Virus record (IMG/VR): IMGVR_UViG_3300006040_000001
Location: 1 to 64,000 of that record
From: a virus
Length of the DNA stretch: 64,000 bases
Reading direction: 5' to 3' (one strand)
The notes beneath the pieces were generated by a model that saw only the letters and a program-made list of their open reading frames with translations, was not told where the DNA came from and made no database searches. The position numbers were made by a program, and so were the translations under genes. Position 1 is the first letter of the stretch; each line of letters starts with the position of its first letter. Positions 39,204-50,372 of the stretch are shown here, in pieces.

Positions 39204-40664
39204 ATGTCTAGCACATCACCTGCTATAGACTATACAGAGGTTATTCAGCTCTTAGAACAAGCTGAAACCTTAGAGTCCATTTACAACACGCTAGTATGGC
39301 GTAACAACATTGACCGCACGGTAGCGACTACCTTAGCCAAACACGGGTTAGCAATACCCACGTTGTCTATAGAGTCGTACACCGCACAACCTACTACAGT
39401 AAATTTACAACTTACGTTAGAGGGTCTCCGTGAGCGAGCCGTAGCTATATTCAAAGCGATCATTGAATATTTGGATAAACAGATTCGTCGATTCGTAGCA
39501 TGGCTAAAAAGTAAATTTAGTGCCGCCGAGTCCAAAGAACGTAGCGAGACGTTAAACCAGTTCGATAGATATCTGCGTATTTATAAAACTACCATTGCTT
39601 TACAGCGTGACTTCATCGGTGAGGTGTTTGCTTTAGCGTCCGCTGATGCAGGAGCTATTACGCTAATACGTAAAACCATGGATAACGTCATTATGGATAA
39701 CGTAAGAGACCCGAATGACTTACCTAAGAATCCGATAGACATCGGTAGTTCTAATCATACACGCGCACCGACAGAACCCCCTAAAGCGGGCGGAGCATTT
39801 AGCTATAGTTCAGTTGGTTTGTATGATCACGTGTTGAGTTTAGTAAGTTCCTCACGTATTCATCGATTCGTGTATGAATGCATGGAGTCGGTTCAATCGG
39901 ATTCCCGTAAATACATCGATGTGTTATTAGATGAAGTGGAGCGCCGGGTTACCGATATTATCAGTGACTGTAAAGCAGCAGTCATCGCTATTAAAAACGA
40001 TGCGGAACCAACTGTAACTGTAAACGATGAGGCGGATAATGCATTTGTGGAACTCGCCTTAAAATACCTACGCGGTGTGACTACGGATGCAGTCTATGAT
40101 GCGCAACAAGGGGTGTGGGAGGCTAAAACAAAAGTAGTAGCCGCTATTACTAACCGTTTAAGTGATCTGTGCCGAAAAGACCCTGATCTGTTTTTGACCA
40201 CTGAATTTATCCAAGCTATAGATGGTAAAGGATTCGCTAAGCTATCCGATACTAATCAGGATATGTATCAGACGATAGACCAGGTAGCTGGCGCGATAGC
40301 TGAACTCAAACGTGCCACAGGCGGCACTAAACTAAACCCTACGCAACAGCAAACCGAGCAGCTAAAAGCGATCAATGCAAAGTCTAATGCATTTATGAGT
40401 CTAACCGTGCAGATCGATATGATTGCCCAATCAGTATCTAGCGTGCATCCCCAGTTAGCTAAAATAACCGGCCTCATGCACGGCGCATTCTACGCCTTTA
40501 CTAAAGGAATCGTGGAGCAGCGATTACTATCGCCAGAAGCTTTGGTTACATTGACTGAGCGGCATAAGGCCTACACCACGGCCTATGAGCACGGGTTTGA
40601 AGATATGAAATTTAAGTTCATCAAGTTTCCGGATATTGTAATAGATACCCGAGCAACTTCCTAA
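39204..40664 (+). CDS. internal head protein paralog
   Basis: TLES...SIESYTAQPTTVNLQLTLEG then amphipathic helix FVAWLK. Confidence 0.75.
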   Translation: MSSTSPAIDYTEVIQLLEQAETLESIYNTLVWRNNIDRTVATTLAKHGLAIPTLSIESYTAQPTTVNLQLTLEGLRERAVAIFKAIIEYLDKQIRRFVAWLKSKFSAAESKERSETLNQFDRYLRIYKTTIALQRDFIGEVFALASADAGAITLIRKTMDNVIMDNVRDPNDLPKNPIDIGSSNHTRAPTEPPKAGGAFSYSSVGLYDHVLSLVSSSRIHRFVYECMESVQSDSRKYIDVLLDEVERRVTDIISDCKAAVIAIKNDAEPTVTVNDEADNAFVELALKYLRGVTTDAVYDAQQGVWEAKTKVVAAITNRLSDLCRKDPDLFLTTEFIQAIDGKGFAKLSDTNQDMYQTIDQVAGAIAELKRATGGTKLNPTQQQTEQLKAINAKSNAFMSLTVQIDMIAQSVSSVHPQLAKITGLMHGAFYAFTKGIVEQRLLSPEALVTLTERHKAYTTAYEHGFEDMKFKFIKFPDIVIDTRATS

Positions 40665-40678
40665 TTAATCACGAGGCT

Positions 40679-42148
40679 ATGCATATGTCTGATTTATACG
40701 CTAAGAAAGTAGCGGAAGCTACTGTTGGCTTAGAGCAGGTCGCTCTTAAGCTAGAGCATTTGTTTAACGCTAACCAAGATATCAAACAACGCGGCGGTAT
40801 CAACCGCGAGTTAGCCATTGGTTTAGAGTCACTCCAGCCCGGTATGGTATCTCGTGTGATGCCCATCATGGGCTATACCGAGGGACTGACCACAACTAAC
40901 TACACTGCTACGTTGGAATCTGTCAGTGATACTATCCGTAAGATGCGCGATGCTGTAATGACCGCGTTGAAGACCTTAGTGAAACGCATTACGGATTGGT
41001 TCTATGCAACGTTCCGCGACTCTAAGAAAAACACGGATACGGCTAAACAGGACTTAAAAGCAGCTAAGCATAAATACCAGGCGTTACAAGCAGTAGAAGA
41101 AAAAGTACTGCATGCCTTACAGACGCACTACGCCCAAGCTAGTAATGCCAAAGGTGGCCGCGCGCCAACGGTAGATGATTTACTTATCGCACTGCACACT
41201 GAAGCGATTGAGCGTTTAGAAACCAAAGTGACGAAGAACATATTCGTTATTGGTCGGGGTGTAGGCTGGTTGAATCTGTTTAAGCATATGCATGGCATTG
41301 GTGAAGTCTTAAACAACATGGAGACTCAACAAGCTAAATTAACGAAAGACGTTAATGTTGGCGCTACGCTAAACCCAGCTGACTACAACGTGTCGTTGAA
41401 CTCTATCGTAGGTATTATCGATAAGGCTAGTCAACCTTTAGAGACCTCACTGGCGAATGCCCGTACGATGCAGGACTATTGTGTAAAAGCCTCAGTACCT
41501 GCATTTGAACGTGGCGAAATAAAAACACTGAAAGATCCTAAGATCGCCCAGTTCTTTACTAATGAAGCTCACGTCTATAGCGTGCTAGATAGCTTAGCCT
41601 CCGTAGCAGCGACAGGTGATGCCTTAGCTAAAATCAACACAGGCCTAGACAAACTAGAGTCTTCGATCAAATCGATTGAGAACTCAGAGCACGCCCGGCA
41701 GGTCAACGAGATCATCCGTGATTTCAAACACACGTTCGCTATTGTAAACACGGTTTACGATGTTACAGCTAAACTCCAAAAACAGATCTTTGATTACGCA
41801 GGCGCCATGAACAAATCCATGGATACGCGTAAGAAGCATTTAACCGATGCTATTAAAGAACTACCAGAGGACTTACGTAAACCACTCTTAGCCGAGCTAG
41901 AGGCACTTAAAACAGCGACTATGGAATCTATCGGTGATTTCACACAAGCTGAGATCGATGAGCGTCGAGCTAACGATTTAGCAGAAGCAGAAGCGGCTGC
42001 CTCTAAAGAGCAGGAGTTATTAGCTAAAGCAGAATCTGACCCCGAGGCTAATGTAGAATTAGCATTAGGGCTTAAAGCAACGCTTGAGAAACTAGGCATT
42101 AAAACCTCAGCGGAGATCGCTGCACGTTTAGCTACAGTAACCCCGTAA
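40679..42148 (+). CDS. internal head protein paralog
   Basis: GLESLQPG...YTEGLTTTNYTATLES...ITDWF. Confidence 0.75.
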   Translation: MHMSDLYAKKVAEATVGLEQVALKLEHLFNANQDIKQRGGINRELAIGLESLQPGMVSRVMPIMGYTEGLTTTNYTATLESVSDTIRKMRDAVMTALKTLVKRITDWFYATFRDSKKNTDTAKQDLKAAKHKYQALQAVEEKVLHALQTHYAQASNAKGGRAPTVDDLLIALHTEAIERLETKVTKNIFVIGRGVGWLNLFKHMHGIGEVLNNMETQQAKLTKDVNVGATLNPADYNVSLNSIVGIIDKASQPLETSLANARTMQDYCVKASVPAFERGEIKTLKDPKIAQFFTNEAHVYSVLDSLASVAATGDALAKINTGLDKLESSIKSIENSEHARQVNEIIRDFKHTFAIVNTVYDVTAKLQKQIFDYAGAMNKSMDTRKKHLTDAIKELPEDLRKPLLAELEALKTATMESIGDFTQAEIDERRANDLAEAEAAASKEQELLAKAESDPEANVELALGLKATLEKLGIKTSAEIAARLATVTP

Positions 42149-42196
42149 CCTAATCGTACTGAGAGTTGCTAGCAACTCTCAGTACTAGGAGTCTTT

Positions 42197-43432
42197 ATGT
42201 TAATTGCTTTAGAAGATATTGTCGATATCGACGATGACCTAGATGTGTTGGAAAAACTAGACGATCAATTTGCTATCGTAGGCGATGCCTTTACTGACTT
42301 AGTCACAAGTGACGGCACAACGATGGAGATAGCCGCTACGCTAGAAGCATTATTACCCGGCGTTATTACTGAAAGTATGCCGATCAACAGCTTTACTAAA
42401 GATCCATCGCAGACGAACTACGCGTTAACTATGGAAGGGATTGGCGCTACGATAAAAAACTTAATTAAAGCAGCCAGTGCAGCGATTGCTAAATTAGCTA
42501 AGCGTATGTACGAGTGGCTAAAAAAGCTTTTCGGTAAAGGCTCTACTGCTGAACAAGGTAAAGAGAATGCCCGTAAGGCTGAGCGCAGTGGCGAAGAGCG
42601 TAGTAAAGCCGAGGATGACTTAGAGAAAGCCAAAGCCGAGGTACCTGACGAGCACAAGCACGCAGTAGATGACAAACTCAAAACGGATTTAGATGTAGGG
42701 CTGCACAACGTAGGCGATGTTAGTCAGAACGCAGCACTAGCGAAGATGGCCGGTATGGTATCTATGTTTACGCATAATTACGCGACTAATTCAGTCTGGC
42801 TTAATGCTATTGATAAGTTCACTACTACAGCGATACGTGATAGTAATCTACAGCTAGCTGCTATTATGGCAGCAACCTCTAGCATAGGTCAGCTCAAAGA
42901 TGCTAGTGAGCTAGATAGTATCCTAGCGAAACTACAAAAACCAGCCATCGGTATGTTAGATGATTTACTAGGTATCCCTGAGCTTAAGCAAGCTGTCTCT
43001 ACAGCAGAATCTGATACAGATAAAGCTCGGGCTATCTATACGTTCCTACGCGACTCTACGACACTCGATCCTAAGTACGACTTTAAAAAGGTGCCTGAGT
43101 TTGATTATACAGCAGCTACGGATGTATTCGACCGTATTATGCAATATCAGCAAGGTCGCTTCTTAAGTCGCCTAGAGTTGTTCACTGAGTTGTGGGAATC
43201 CACTATTACGGAAATGGAAGCAGGAGTATCTGAGAAAACCGTATTAGATCCGGAGGCTACGCGTAAAATGATGTATACGTTCCGTGAGCTATTAAACGAA
43301 CTATTAATGGTGAATCAGATCTTGCATATCCTGGTGGTCGCTATTAACCACTATTCTATAATGTTTATCGAAGCTGATATGAGTGCTATTTATAGCATTA
43401 AGAAAGCTGAAACAATCATCGGGACGGCATAA
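42197..43432 (+). CDS. internal head protein paralog
   Basis: TLEALLPG...FTKDPSQTNYALTMEG...MYEWLK. Confidence 0.75.
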   Translation: MLIALEDIVDIDDDLDVLEKLDDQFAIVGDAFTDLVTSDGTTMEIAATLEALLPGVITESMPINSFTKDPSQTNYALTMEGIGATIKNLIKAASAAIAKLAKRMYEWLKKLFGKGSTAEQGKENARKAERSGEERSKAEDDLEKAKAEVPDEHKHAVDDKLKTDLDVGLHNVGDVSQNAALAKMAGMVSMFTHNYATNSVWLNAIDKFTTTAIRDSNLQLAAIMAATSSIGQLKDASELDSILAKLQKPAIGMLDDLLGIPELKQAVSTAESDTDKARAIYTFLRDSTTLDPKYDFKKVPEFDYTAATDVFDRIMQYQQGRFLSRLELFTELWESTITEMEAGVSEKTVLDPEATRKMMYTFRELLNELLMVNQILHILVVAINHYSIMFIEADMSAIYSIKKAETIIGTA

Positions 43433-43469
43433 CCACTAAGGGAGGCCGTAGCCTCCCTTAGCCTATGCC
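43424..43469. terminator. bidirectional hairpin flanked by ACGGCATA/TATGCC
   Basis: CTAAGGGAGGC-cgta-GCCTCCCTTAG between convergent stops. Confidence 0.75.
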
Positions 43470-46418
43470 CTAAAATGATTTAGGTAAGTGGTTTATGAAT
43501 GTATTAACGACAGCGTCCTGCACCGCTAATGTTTGGTTAGAGAGAGATACTAGGCGTTTACCTACCACTGGCTGCATAGACGGATCTTTTAAAGTCACCG
43601 TTGGATACAGATCATTAGCAAATCCAGATACGTTGACTGACAGAACCTCGTCACCTAATGCTGCTTTCAACGTAGCCGTAATATCAGTAACACTAATGGT
43701 ACTACGCTCCATAGCCGCTGCTAAGATATCTGCCGTACGTTCCGACAATGCCTCACGGATCGGTTGGTTTTCATAGATGTCTTGACGGACGTAATAAGTA
43801 ACACGGAATGTCTGTGCGGCAGGTATCTGTGCGTGCTGTTGATCATTAACAATAACATCCAGTAATCCGGTCGTCGTTTTCGGATAGTAGTAAATCTCAC
43901 TACGTTCCAATAAATTACCGGCAATAGTCTCCAGATCTACAACACACCAGTTAGTGATTAAATCGATCATCTCCTGTTTATAAGCTAACGTTGTCTCATT
44001 CGTAGCAAAATAATACCGCCCGTCAATTAAACATAAATCTAACTGACGTAACATACCCTGTACACCGCCTGCTAATACAGGATCGCCATTAGCATCCATG
44101 ACTACGTCACCGGCTTTATATTTATACACAGGATCGCCCAAACTATCCATTACTGGCGCACCCTTAGCGTGCAATACGGTAAAACCAAACTCACCGGTAT
44201 CGTTGTTATACGTCATGTTGATAGCACCCGTTAGCGGGTCACGCGCATAAACAGTCTCCGTATAGATAGCCGGAACGTCTACTGTATGTTTTAAATACGT
44301 CAGAGCTCCTACAGCGCTCCTAGACCGCGTCCAGAGATGTTTTAGGTGCTCACCTACCTTAATGGTAATACGCTCTTGTGTAGCGCCTAAATAAACGGAT
44401 GACGGGGTGTAGCCTGGAAGTATGGTTTTATCTACAATAGCGTCGATGTCCGAAATACCTGCTCCACTGGGTTGGTGATCGCGGACTATGTAGACTAAAT
44501 CAAACTCTGTAGACAACGCCATCGGTGCCTGTGGTCCTGTGAGTGTAAGTTGATGCGCCTGATTTACATCATACGTCGTGTCTAAGTCAAACGAATAGAT
44601 GTAGCGTTTACCCACTGGCTTACCCGTACTACCATCAATAGGACTACGCAACACCCCATTAAAATAGACCCGTGTTTGCGTACCGGGTGGCACGTAACTT
44701 AACTGCAAAAATACCTGGTCTAACGCTAGGGCACTATACACATCGCTGACAGCTGCTTCGATTAATAACCGATAGCCACTACCAGTGGAGTTTACTTCTA
44801 CGCCGTAAGACAACGTACTAGCATCTACTAATAGTGCTGTGTTCGTCTGGAAAAAATACTTCGATGTAATGGATGGTTTATCTAAACGATAGACACGAGT
44901 AGTAAACTGGTTGTTAGCTACATCTAGTACGTAATAGAACGGCGTAAAATAATAATTACCGTCGTTGACCTGGTTAGCTAGTACATCCGGCGGCGTAACC
45001 AGCGGATCCAGTAAACGTAACCGCTCTGTATCAGTTACCACGCTTAACACACCATCTATTGATTTGAACAGAGTATTCGGTTTAATAGTCACCCGCTCAC
45101 CATGGTTCTCAATCGTACCATATTGCACCAGGTCGGTTAGTTTGGATTCCAATAACCGGATAGCGCATCCAGCTCCTGATACCGTACTACTGTTAGTTGG
45201 CGCTGGTAAGGCACGCACCGCAATAAACTGACGGTCAGTAATATTATCCAGGTTAGTCACTACGTCATAACCTAGTGAACTGAGTACCGTAGAGAGCTGC
45301 GCCTGTGTGATAGGTAGTGTAGGGTTATTTAAACCATTCGTGATGACGCGTTTACGCAGCGTATCAAAACTGACGGCATTGCTACCCCCGGTAATAGCCC
45401 CTTCCATAAACAGCGACACACCCGAGAACGTGCTTAATGGTGCGCTGTAAGCATTATCATTAACGGCATCATGATCTAACCACCGGGCACTGTAACTAGT
45501 CGCCGGGTAACTCGATAGGTTAAGCTCCAGTGGCCCTTTAGTAGTATAGATATCGATCCGTAACGAGTCTTTAATACTACCGTTATTAAAATAGATCTGT
45601 GGTACTTTTACAGCCAGTCGGGAATTTAACACTCGTAACACCACGGTAGGTGTGTTAGGGTCGTAGACTTGTTCCGTGTGCGTCGTACGGATCTCTGTCC
45701 AGTTCGAGTCAGCTGTCAGTTTAATAAAGGCGCGGCAATAATAGTATTGATCAGTGAAATCATATTCCTTATATAGCCCTGTGATGTTGTTTAACTGTGC
45801 GACCTGCGTGGTAATCAACATTTGGCTGACAGGCATCGTGATCCGTAGAAACTTAGAACCACCGTGTGAACCCATACCCCAGTCTACGCGGTTAGACTCT
45901 AAAGACACAATCGGTGATTTACGACTGACATCGTAATAGAGACTTACCCCACCGCTCGGCAGTATCCGTATATCCAGTGGGTACTGCATCGTAAAGATCA
46001 GCCCAGCAATAATATACTCCGAGTGTCGAGGGATCGTGAGTTTATACGTACCGTCACCTACAGCTACGGCCTTAGCACGTATCTCATCCAAGGACAACAA
46101 CAACGTAAAACTCGTACGCGCCGGTGTAGAGAAACGATTCAAGAAATCGTCATCCGACATATGCAGATAGACGTCTTCATCACTACGGGCATTAGAGGCA
46201 TAGAGTCGACGGACTAGAGTCTCGTCCTGCAACATCCCTGCACTGGCTACACTACAGGCAGCCTCCATTAAAAATGTAAACGGACTAGTAGGGTTAACAA
46301 TCACCCGCGCTCCTAAGGATACATCTTCTAATGTATTTAGCATCAGGCGCTGCATGGCGACAGGATTACCGCGCAGCATATCAAATTTAGTAGTTAGATC
46401 AGCTATGGTAATAGCCAT
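43470..46418 (-). CDS. large virion structural protein, probable baseplate wedge (phiKZ gp87-like)
   Basis: 982 aa, beta-rich; NPTSPFTFLME, IYTTKG, ITGGSN; synteny. Confidence 0.7.
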   Translation of the reverse strand: MAITIADLTTKFDMLRGNPVAMQRLMLNTLEDVSLGARVIVNPTSPFTFLMEAACSVASAGMLQDETLVRRLYASNARSDEDVYLHMSDDDFLNRFSTPARTSFTLLLSLDEIRAKAVAVGDGTYKLTIPRHSEYIIAGLIFTMQYPLDIRILPSGGVSLYYDVSRKSPIVSLESNRVDWGMGSHGGSKFLRITMPVSQMLITTQVAQLNNITGLYKEYDFTDQYYYCRAFIKLTADSNWTEIRTTHTEQVYDPNTPTVVLRVLNSRLAVKVPQIYFNNGSIKDSLRIDIYTTKGPLELNLSSYPATSYSARWLDHDAVNDNAYSAPLSTFSGVSLFMEGAITGGSNAVSFDTLRKRVITNGLNNPTLPITQAQLSTVLSSLGYDVVTNLDNITDRQFIAVRALPAPTNSSTVSGAGCAIRLLESKLTDLVQYGTIENHGERVTIKPNTLFKSIDGVLSVVTDTERLRLLDPLVTPPDVLANQVNDGNYYFTPFYYVLDVANNQFTTRVYRLDKPSITSKYFFQTNTALLVDASTLSYGVEVNSTGSGYRLLIEAAVSDVYSALALDQVFLQLSYVPPGTQTRVYFNGVLRSPIDGSTGKPVGKRYIYSFDLDTTYDVNQAHQLTLTGPQAPMALSTEFDLVYIVRDHQPSGAGISDIDAIVDKTILPGYTPSSVYLGATQERITIKVGEHLKHLWTRSRSAVGALTYLKHTVDVPAIYTETVYARDPLTGAINMTYNNDTGEFGFTVLHAKGAPVMDSLGDPVYKYKAGDVVMDANGDPVLAGGVQGMLRQLDLCLIDGRYYFATNETTLAYKQEMIDLITNWCVVDLETIAGNLLERSEIYYYPKTTTGLLDVIVNDQQHAQIPAAQTFRVTYYVRQDIYENQPIREALSERTADILAAAMERSTISVTDITATLKAALGDEVLSVNVSGFANDLYPTVTLKDPSMQPVVGKRLVSLSNQTLAVQDAVVNTFINHLPKSF

Positions 46419-46420
46419 GG

Positions 46421-47569
46421 TTATCTCCGAATAGGGCTAATAGAAGAGACATCGTCCATACCTGGATATTTCTGTACGTTGCGTATGACTGCTTTAATAG
46501 CGTCCTTAGCAACCCACCATTCTAATTCCGAGGTATAAGGATTAATACGTGGGTAGCCTACGTTAACAAAAATAGGTTTATACGCAGCGCTGATTGGGCT
46601 ATAGACTTTTTCACGTACGCCGTCAAACATGTTAGGGTTAAACATACAGACGCAGTCGTTGAACTCCTGTATTAATATAGGGTCGTGATAGATCATACCC
46701 ATTGCCTGAAACTCACAGGACACTTGATCGACTTCACGTGATATCGGCTTATCTTCGTTGTAGTTAAAGATAGCCCCCGTAGAATCCGACTTTGGAAACG
46801 CAGCAATAGGCGCAGCGATATGTTCCACATACTGCCGTGTAGGATCTAGCGTCAATCTATAAGGACGTGTGTTGTAATCTATTTCATTCTCTAATATCGA
46901 GTCTGGTCTAGGGTCAATCCGTCCTTCGTGTACGTAAGCCGCATAGCGAGTCCATATGTGAAATAAATACGTGATCGGATCTTTAGGCAAGTTCCTAAAA
47001 TTAGCCGTCAAGCTTAACACCCCATTGATGTCAGCAAACCCATCAACCATCGACCACTGCTCTTTATAAAGCCCTTCTTTACTAGTGTACGTGTCTACGT
47101 ACGGATCAGGCCATCCGGTTACGGTAATGACGTTGTTGTCGAGTAACGGAATGAATGCATTCAATGGATCAACGAGTCGGCTAGGATAGTAAAGCCGCGA
47201 TCCATCGGGGTCTAGGTATGCGCGGAGTGCCCGTGCTATGGAATCTTGGTTGTCCGTTAGCAGCGGCGTGAACTTACGAATGTGTTTTATATTATCGTAT
47301 GAAAGATTTAGGCGCGGGCGTGTAAAAAACGTCATACCGTATTGTTCGTTGTTCATCGGGATCGGGTTACCCGGACCGCGGTGGTTGTGACCCAAGAACA
47401 TCGCTGTCATAGCGGTTTTTATGTCACCGTAACCACTGGACTGTGCGATAGCCCGTAAGGCGTCCTCAGCGCCTAATATGCTACCGGTAGTCGCGACTAA
47501 ATCATTGTCTTGTTGCTGTTTGATCTCTAATGGATCAGTTGGTTTGATCCCTAGTAAGTCATCGGCCAT
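46421..47569 (-). CDS. virion structural protein (phiKZ gp88-like, tail/baseplate)
   Basis: 382 aa; GMTFFTRPRLNL, GWPD, GYPRIN. Confidence 0.7.
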   Translation of the reverse strand: MADDLLGIKPTDPLEIKQQQDNDLVATTGSILGAEDALRAIAQSSGYGDIKTAMTAMFLGHNHRGPGNPIPMNNEQYGMTFFTRPRLNLSYDNIKHIRKFTPLLTDNQDSIARALRAYLDPDGSRLYYPSRLVDPLNAFIPLLDNNVITVTGWPDPYVDTYTSKEGLYKEQWSMVDGFADINGVLSLTANFRNLPKDPITYLFHIWTRYAAYVHEGRIDPRPDSILENEIDYNTRPYRLTLDPTRQYVEHIAAPIAAFPKSDSTGAIFNYNEDKPISREVDQVSCEFQAMGMIYHDPILIQEFNDCVCMFNPNMFDGVREKVYSPISAAYKPIFVNVGYPRINPYTSELEWWVAKDAIKAVIRNVQKYPGMDDVSSISPIRR

Positions 47570-47596
47570 TATCGTACTCCAGAAGGAACATTCATT

Positions 47597-48838
47597 ATGT
47601 TAGATAAGATTATTTTAACACCTTTAAAGCTGCTCAGCGCAGCAATTGGTATTGCCAACAACACCGAAAACTTTACGGCTAGTGGCGGTTCATTAATCGG
47701 CTATACGCGTTCCACACGTGTAGAACCCATCGTGATGTTGGACCAGTCTATTCAACACCTACCATATACTGAAGAAGTATTAAAAGCACTACTCGCTATA
47801 TTCTCTGCCTATTATTTACAGGCTGTCGCCATTAGTGTGAATGTCGGTAAGATCAACACCATTAAGCTCTTCGATCACTTAAACCCGGATCGTATTGCTG
47901 ACGATGGGTTTCAAGGTTCTGCTCTTAATTTGTTCAAAGGTATGGGTGCCGGTCTAGAATCAATCGCACTTACTGATGAATCCACCTATGCCAACGGATT
48001 ACCGGCTATCCGACATAACCGCGAACGCCTAACCTTAGAGGCGGTTAATATCAACATTCCTCTACCACAGCAAGGTTCTAATAATGAACGCGGCTTTATC
48101 CACCGTAGCGATGCAGACAGCGCAACTATTGATAGTAGCTGGGTTAGCGCAGGCGTAGCACCCGGTGCTAAAGTAGGTAAATCATTAAATGATGGCGCAG
48201 AGGCCGGTAATTTAGTGGTCGGTAATTTGTTAGAGGTTAACATAGAATCAGAAGGTCATAAGGCAACCATTCCGGTGATGGTACGTTTACTGGCCTCACC
48301 CATCCGTAACGATGTGTTGGTTCATATTTTATCCAAGAACGAACGGGATCTATCTATCCGTGAACGTTGGCACGATCTGATGTCTGGTCAGATTGCGTTT
48401 TTCAAAGATTTCATGTTCTGTCAAGATTTGATCGACGAACATCAAGCCACCTTAATGAAAGACGGTACCGATCAGTACGCCGAGATCCTTAAGCGCCGCC
48501 AGAAAAACCGTAATGCAGCCTGGGTAACTAAAAAGCCGTCAGCAGCAGATGCCTCTAACATTATCGTTATGTCTGAAACCACACGCAACGCAGTAGAAGC
48601 GGCCTGCGGTGGACGCCTGAAAGATTACAAAACCCGTCAGCGTATATTTGATGCGACTTATTTAATGTTGTTAGTCGTAGTAGACGTGCAGTGGGAAACC
48701 GTTACTATTTACCATCGTGGTATTGCGCTGCCTACCGTAGTTAGTGTTAAAGCTATGAAACTCGGTAATAAGAAAGGCGGTACGGATATCGGTGAGATCC
48801 TCAAAGCCTACCAATTAGGTAATGCACCTACTTACTAA
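47597..48838 (+). CDS. inner head protein (phiKZ gp89-like)
   Basis: 413 aa; RVEP, YYLQAV, internal GLES/TLE sites. Confidence 0.7.
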   Translation: MLDKIILTPLKLLSAAIGIANNTENFTASGGSLIGYTRSTRVEPIVMLDQSIQHLPYTEEVLKALLAIFSAYYLQAVAISVNVGKINTIKLFDHLNPDRIADDGFQGSALNLFKGMGAGLESIALTDESTYANGLPAIRHNRERLTLEAVNINIPLPQQGSNNERGFIHRSDADSATIDSSWVSAGVAPGAKVGKSLNDGAEAGNLVVGNLLEVNIESEGHKATIPVMVRLLASPIRNDVLVHILSKNERDLSIRERWHDLMSGQIAFFKDFMFCQDLIDEHQATLMKDGTDQYAEILKRRQKNRNAAWVTKKPSAADASNIIVMSETTRNAVEAACGGRLKDYKTRQRIFDATYLMLLVVVDVQWETVTIYHRGIALPTVVSVKAMKLGNKKGGTDIGEILKAYQLGNAPTY

Positions 48839-48905
48839 GTCATCTATGTCATCCTTCGGTAGGGCTTAGGGCCCTAAGCCCTACCGTCACTAGAGGTAAT
48901 ACCCA

Positions 48906-49799
48906 ATGAAACTAGCCGCTTATTTGCATTCGTTACTACCTAATTTTGGTAAGTCACGTTTATTATCGGATATTGACTGTATTCGTAAAGAACTAAAAGA
49001 ACAAACCCTCCCGCCGTTGGTTAGTTTATCAGAAGCCTTCGGTAAACGTAAGTTTAAAAACCAGTGGGTTAATGATTTTAACCAAACCTTTATGCGTGAG
49101 GTGCCTATCAAAGTCACAGGTAACTATCTAAATGGTGTTCGTACTATCTTAGAAACAGTTGCTGAAAACTTAGATATCATCGAGCGTTTAGTTGATGAGT
49201 ATTATGCCGATGACGTGGTGCGTGACGGCATGACTTTAATCCGCGTAAATATTCTACAGTATTTAGAAACCATGTCTTTCGCTACAGCGTTCACTCGTCG
49301 TTTGCTGGTACTCACGATGGGTCTGGAAGAAATGGAGTTTGCTCAACCTGACGAAGATCTCCCTTATACTCAAGGCGAGTTCTCTTATATCAACGAACAT
49401 CTAACGGACTACCTAACTGCGTTAACGATTTTATCGGGTAACAAACAAGCGTTGGATGAACGGTTCAAAGCAATGCCTGATATGACCGTAAATGAACATA
49501 ACGTAGCTTCTACCGCTGCGGTGATTGGCCCTGTTAAAATGGATCCGTTCGGCTTTGGTTTCATAGGCGTTTCAATGAACCCTATTTACCACATCCGCAT
49601 TATGTACGCCGAGCATCAAGTACTCCAATACAAACGTGCTAAAGAACAGCGCCAACTCCTAGAGTTTAAATTACTGCGTTTGAAGCAGTTAGACACTGGT
49701 AAAACGGACGCTCGTTTAGAGCAACAGATCGCGTATACTCAAGCCCGTGTGGATAAGCTTACCAGCGAAATCCGCGAGATGGAGGATCAATATGCCTAG
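48906..49799 (+). CDS. inner head protein (phiKZ gp90-like)
   Basis: 297 aa; NPIYHIR followed by a C-terminal coiled coil. Confidence 0.7.
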   Translation: MKLAAYLHSLLPNFGKSRLLSDIDCIRKELKEQTLPPLVSLSEAFGKRKFKNQWVNDFNQTFMREVPIKVTGNYLNGVRTILETVAENLDIIERLVDEYYADDVVRDGMTLIRVNILQYLETMSFATAFTRRLLVLTMGLEEMEFAQPDEDLPYTQGEFSYINEHLTDYLTALTILSGNKQALDERFKAMPDMTVNEHNVASTAAVIGPVKMDPFGFGFIGVSMNPIYHIRIMYAEHQVLQYKRAKEQRQLLEFKLLRLKQLDTGKTDARLEQQIAYTQARVDKLTSEIREMEDQYA

Positions 49800-50343
49800 G
49801 TTAAACCGCTACCCGCGTGGGTACGTTAGACAGCTAGAAGGTACTGCTATTGGTAGTGATGCAGCAGGCGTTACTGTTAATGAAGTGACTTCAGACCCTA
49901 CTATCGAGAACTTATATAAATTATATATGGGTGGTAGTGTTAATCGTAATAGCTGGGATTTTCGCGCTTTAGTCATTAAACGGTGTGCCCAGTTACTGGG
50001 CGGATTCCGTCAATGGTTGTTTTTGCAGATCACGGCGAATGATTGTATCTATGACTTAAACCTTAAGTTTCTCGAAGACACGTTATTATTTATTCGTACA
50101 GGCCGCCGTGATATGGCGATTGAAAACTGGATAGAGCTATTATTAGAACATCCAGAAGAAAATCATGGCGTTGCATCCATGGCTCGTGCGGGTAGTTTTA
50201 ATCTACGCGATCCAAAAGAATTCGATAACGTGATCGGACAATGGTGCGCTCACCCTGGTGGGTTCGACGATATGTTATGTACAGCACACGTGCTGTTTGG
50301 GGTATCGAAGAAACCAATGTTCGTAGCCCCTAATACAGTTTGA
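49792..50343 (+). CDS. virion-associated conserved protein (gp91-like)
   Basis: ATG 49792 with GGAGG RBS, overlapping the previous stop. Confidence 0.65.
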   Translation: MPRLNRYPRGYVRQLEGTAIGSDAAGVTVNEVTSDPTIENLYKLYMGGSVNRNSWDFRALVIKRCAQLLGGFRQWLFLQITANDCIYDLNLKFLEDTLLFIRTGRRDMAIENWIELLLEHPEENHGVASMARAGSFNLRDPKEFDNVIGQWCAHPGGFDDMLCTAHVLFGVSKKPMFVAPNTV

Positions 50344-50372
50344 TTGCAATCAAAACTCCGGAGTTTTAAAAT

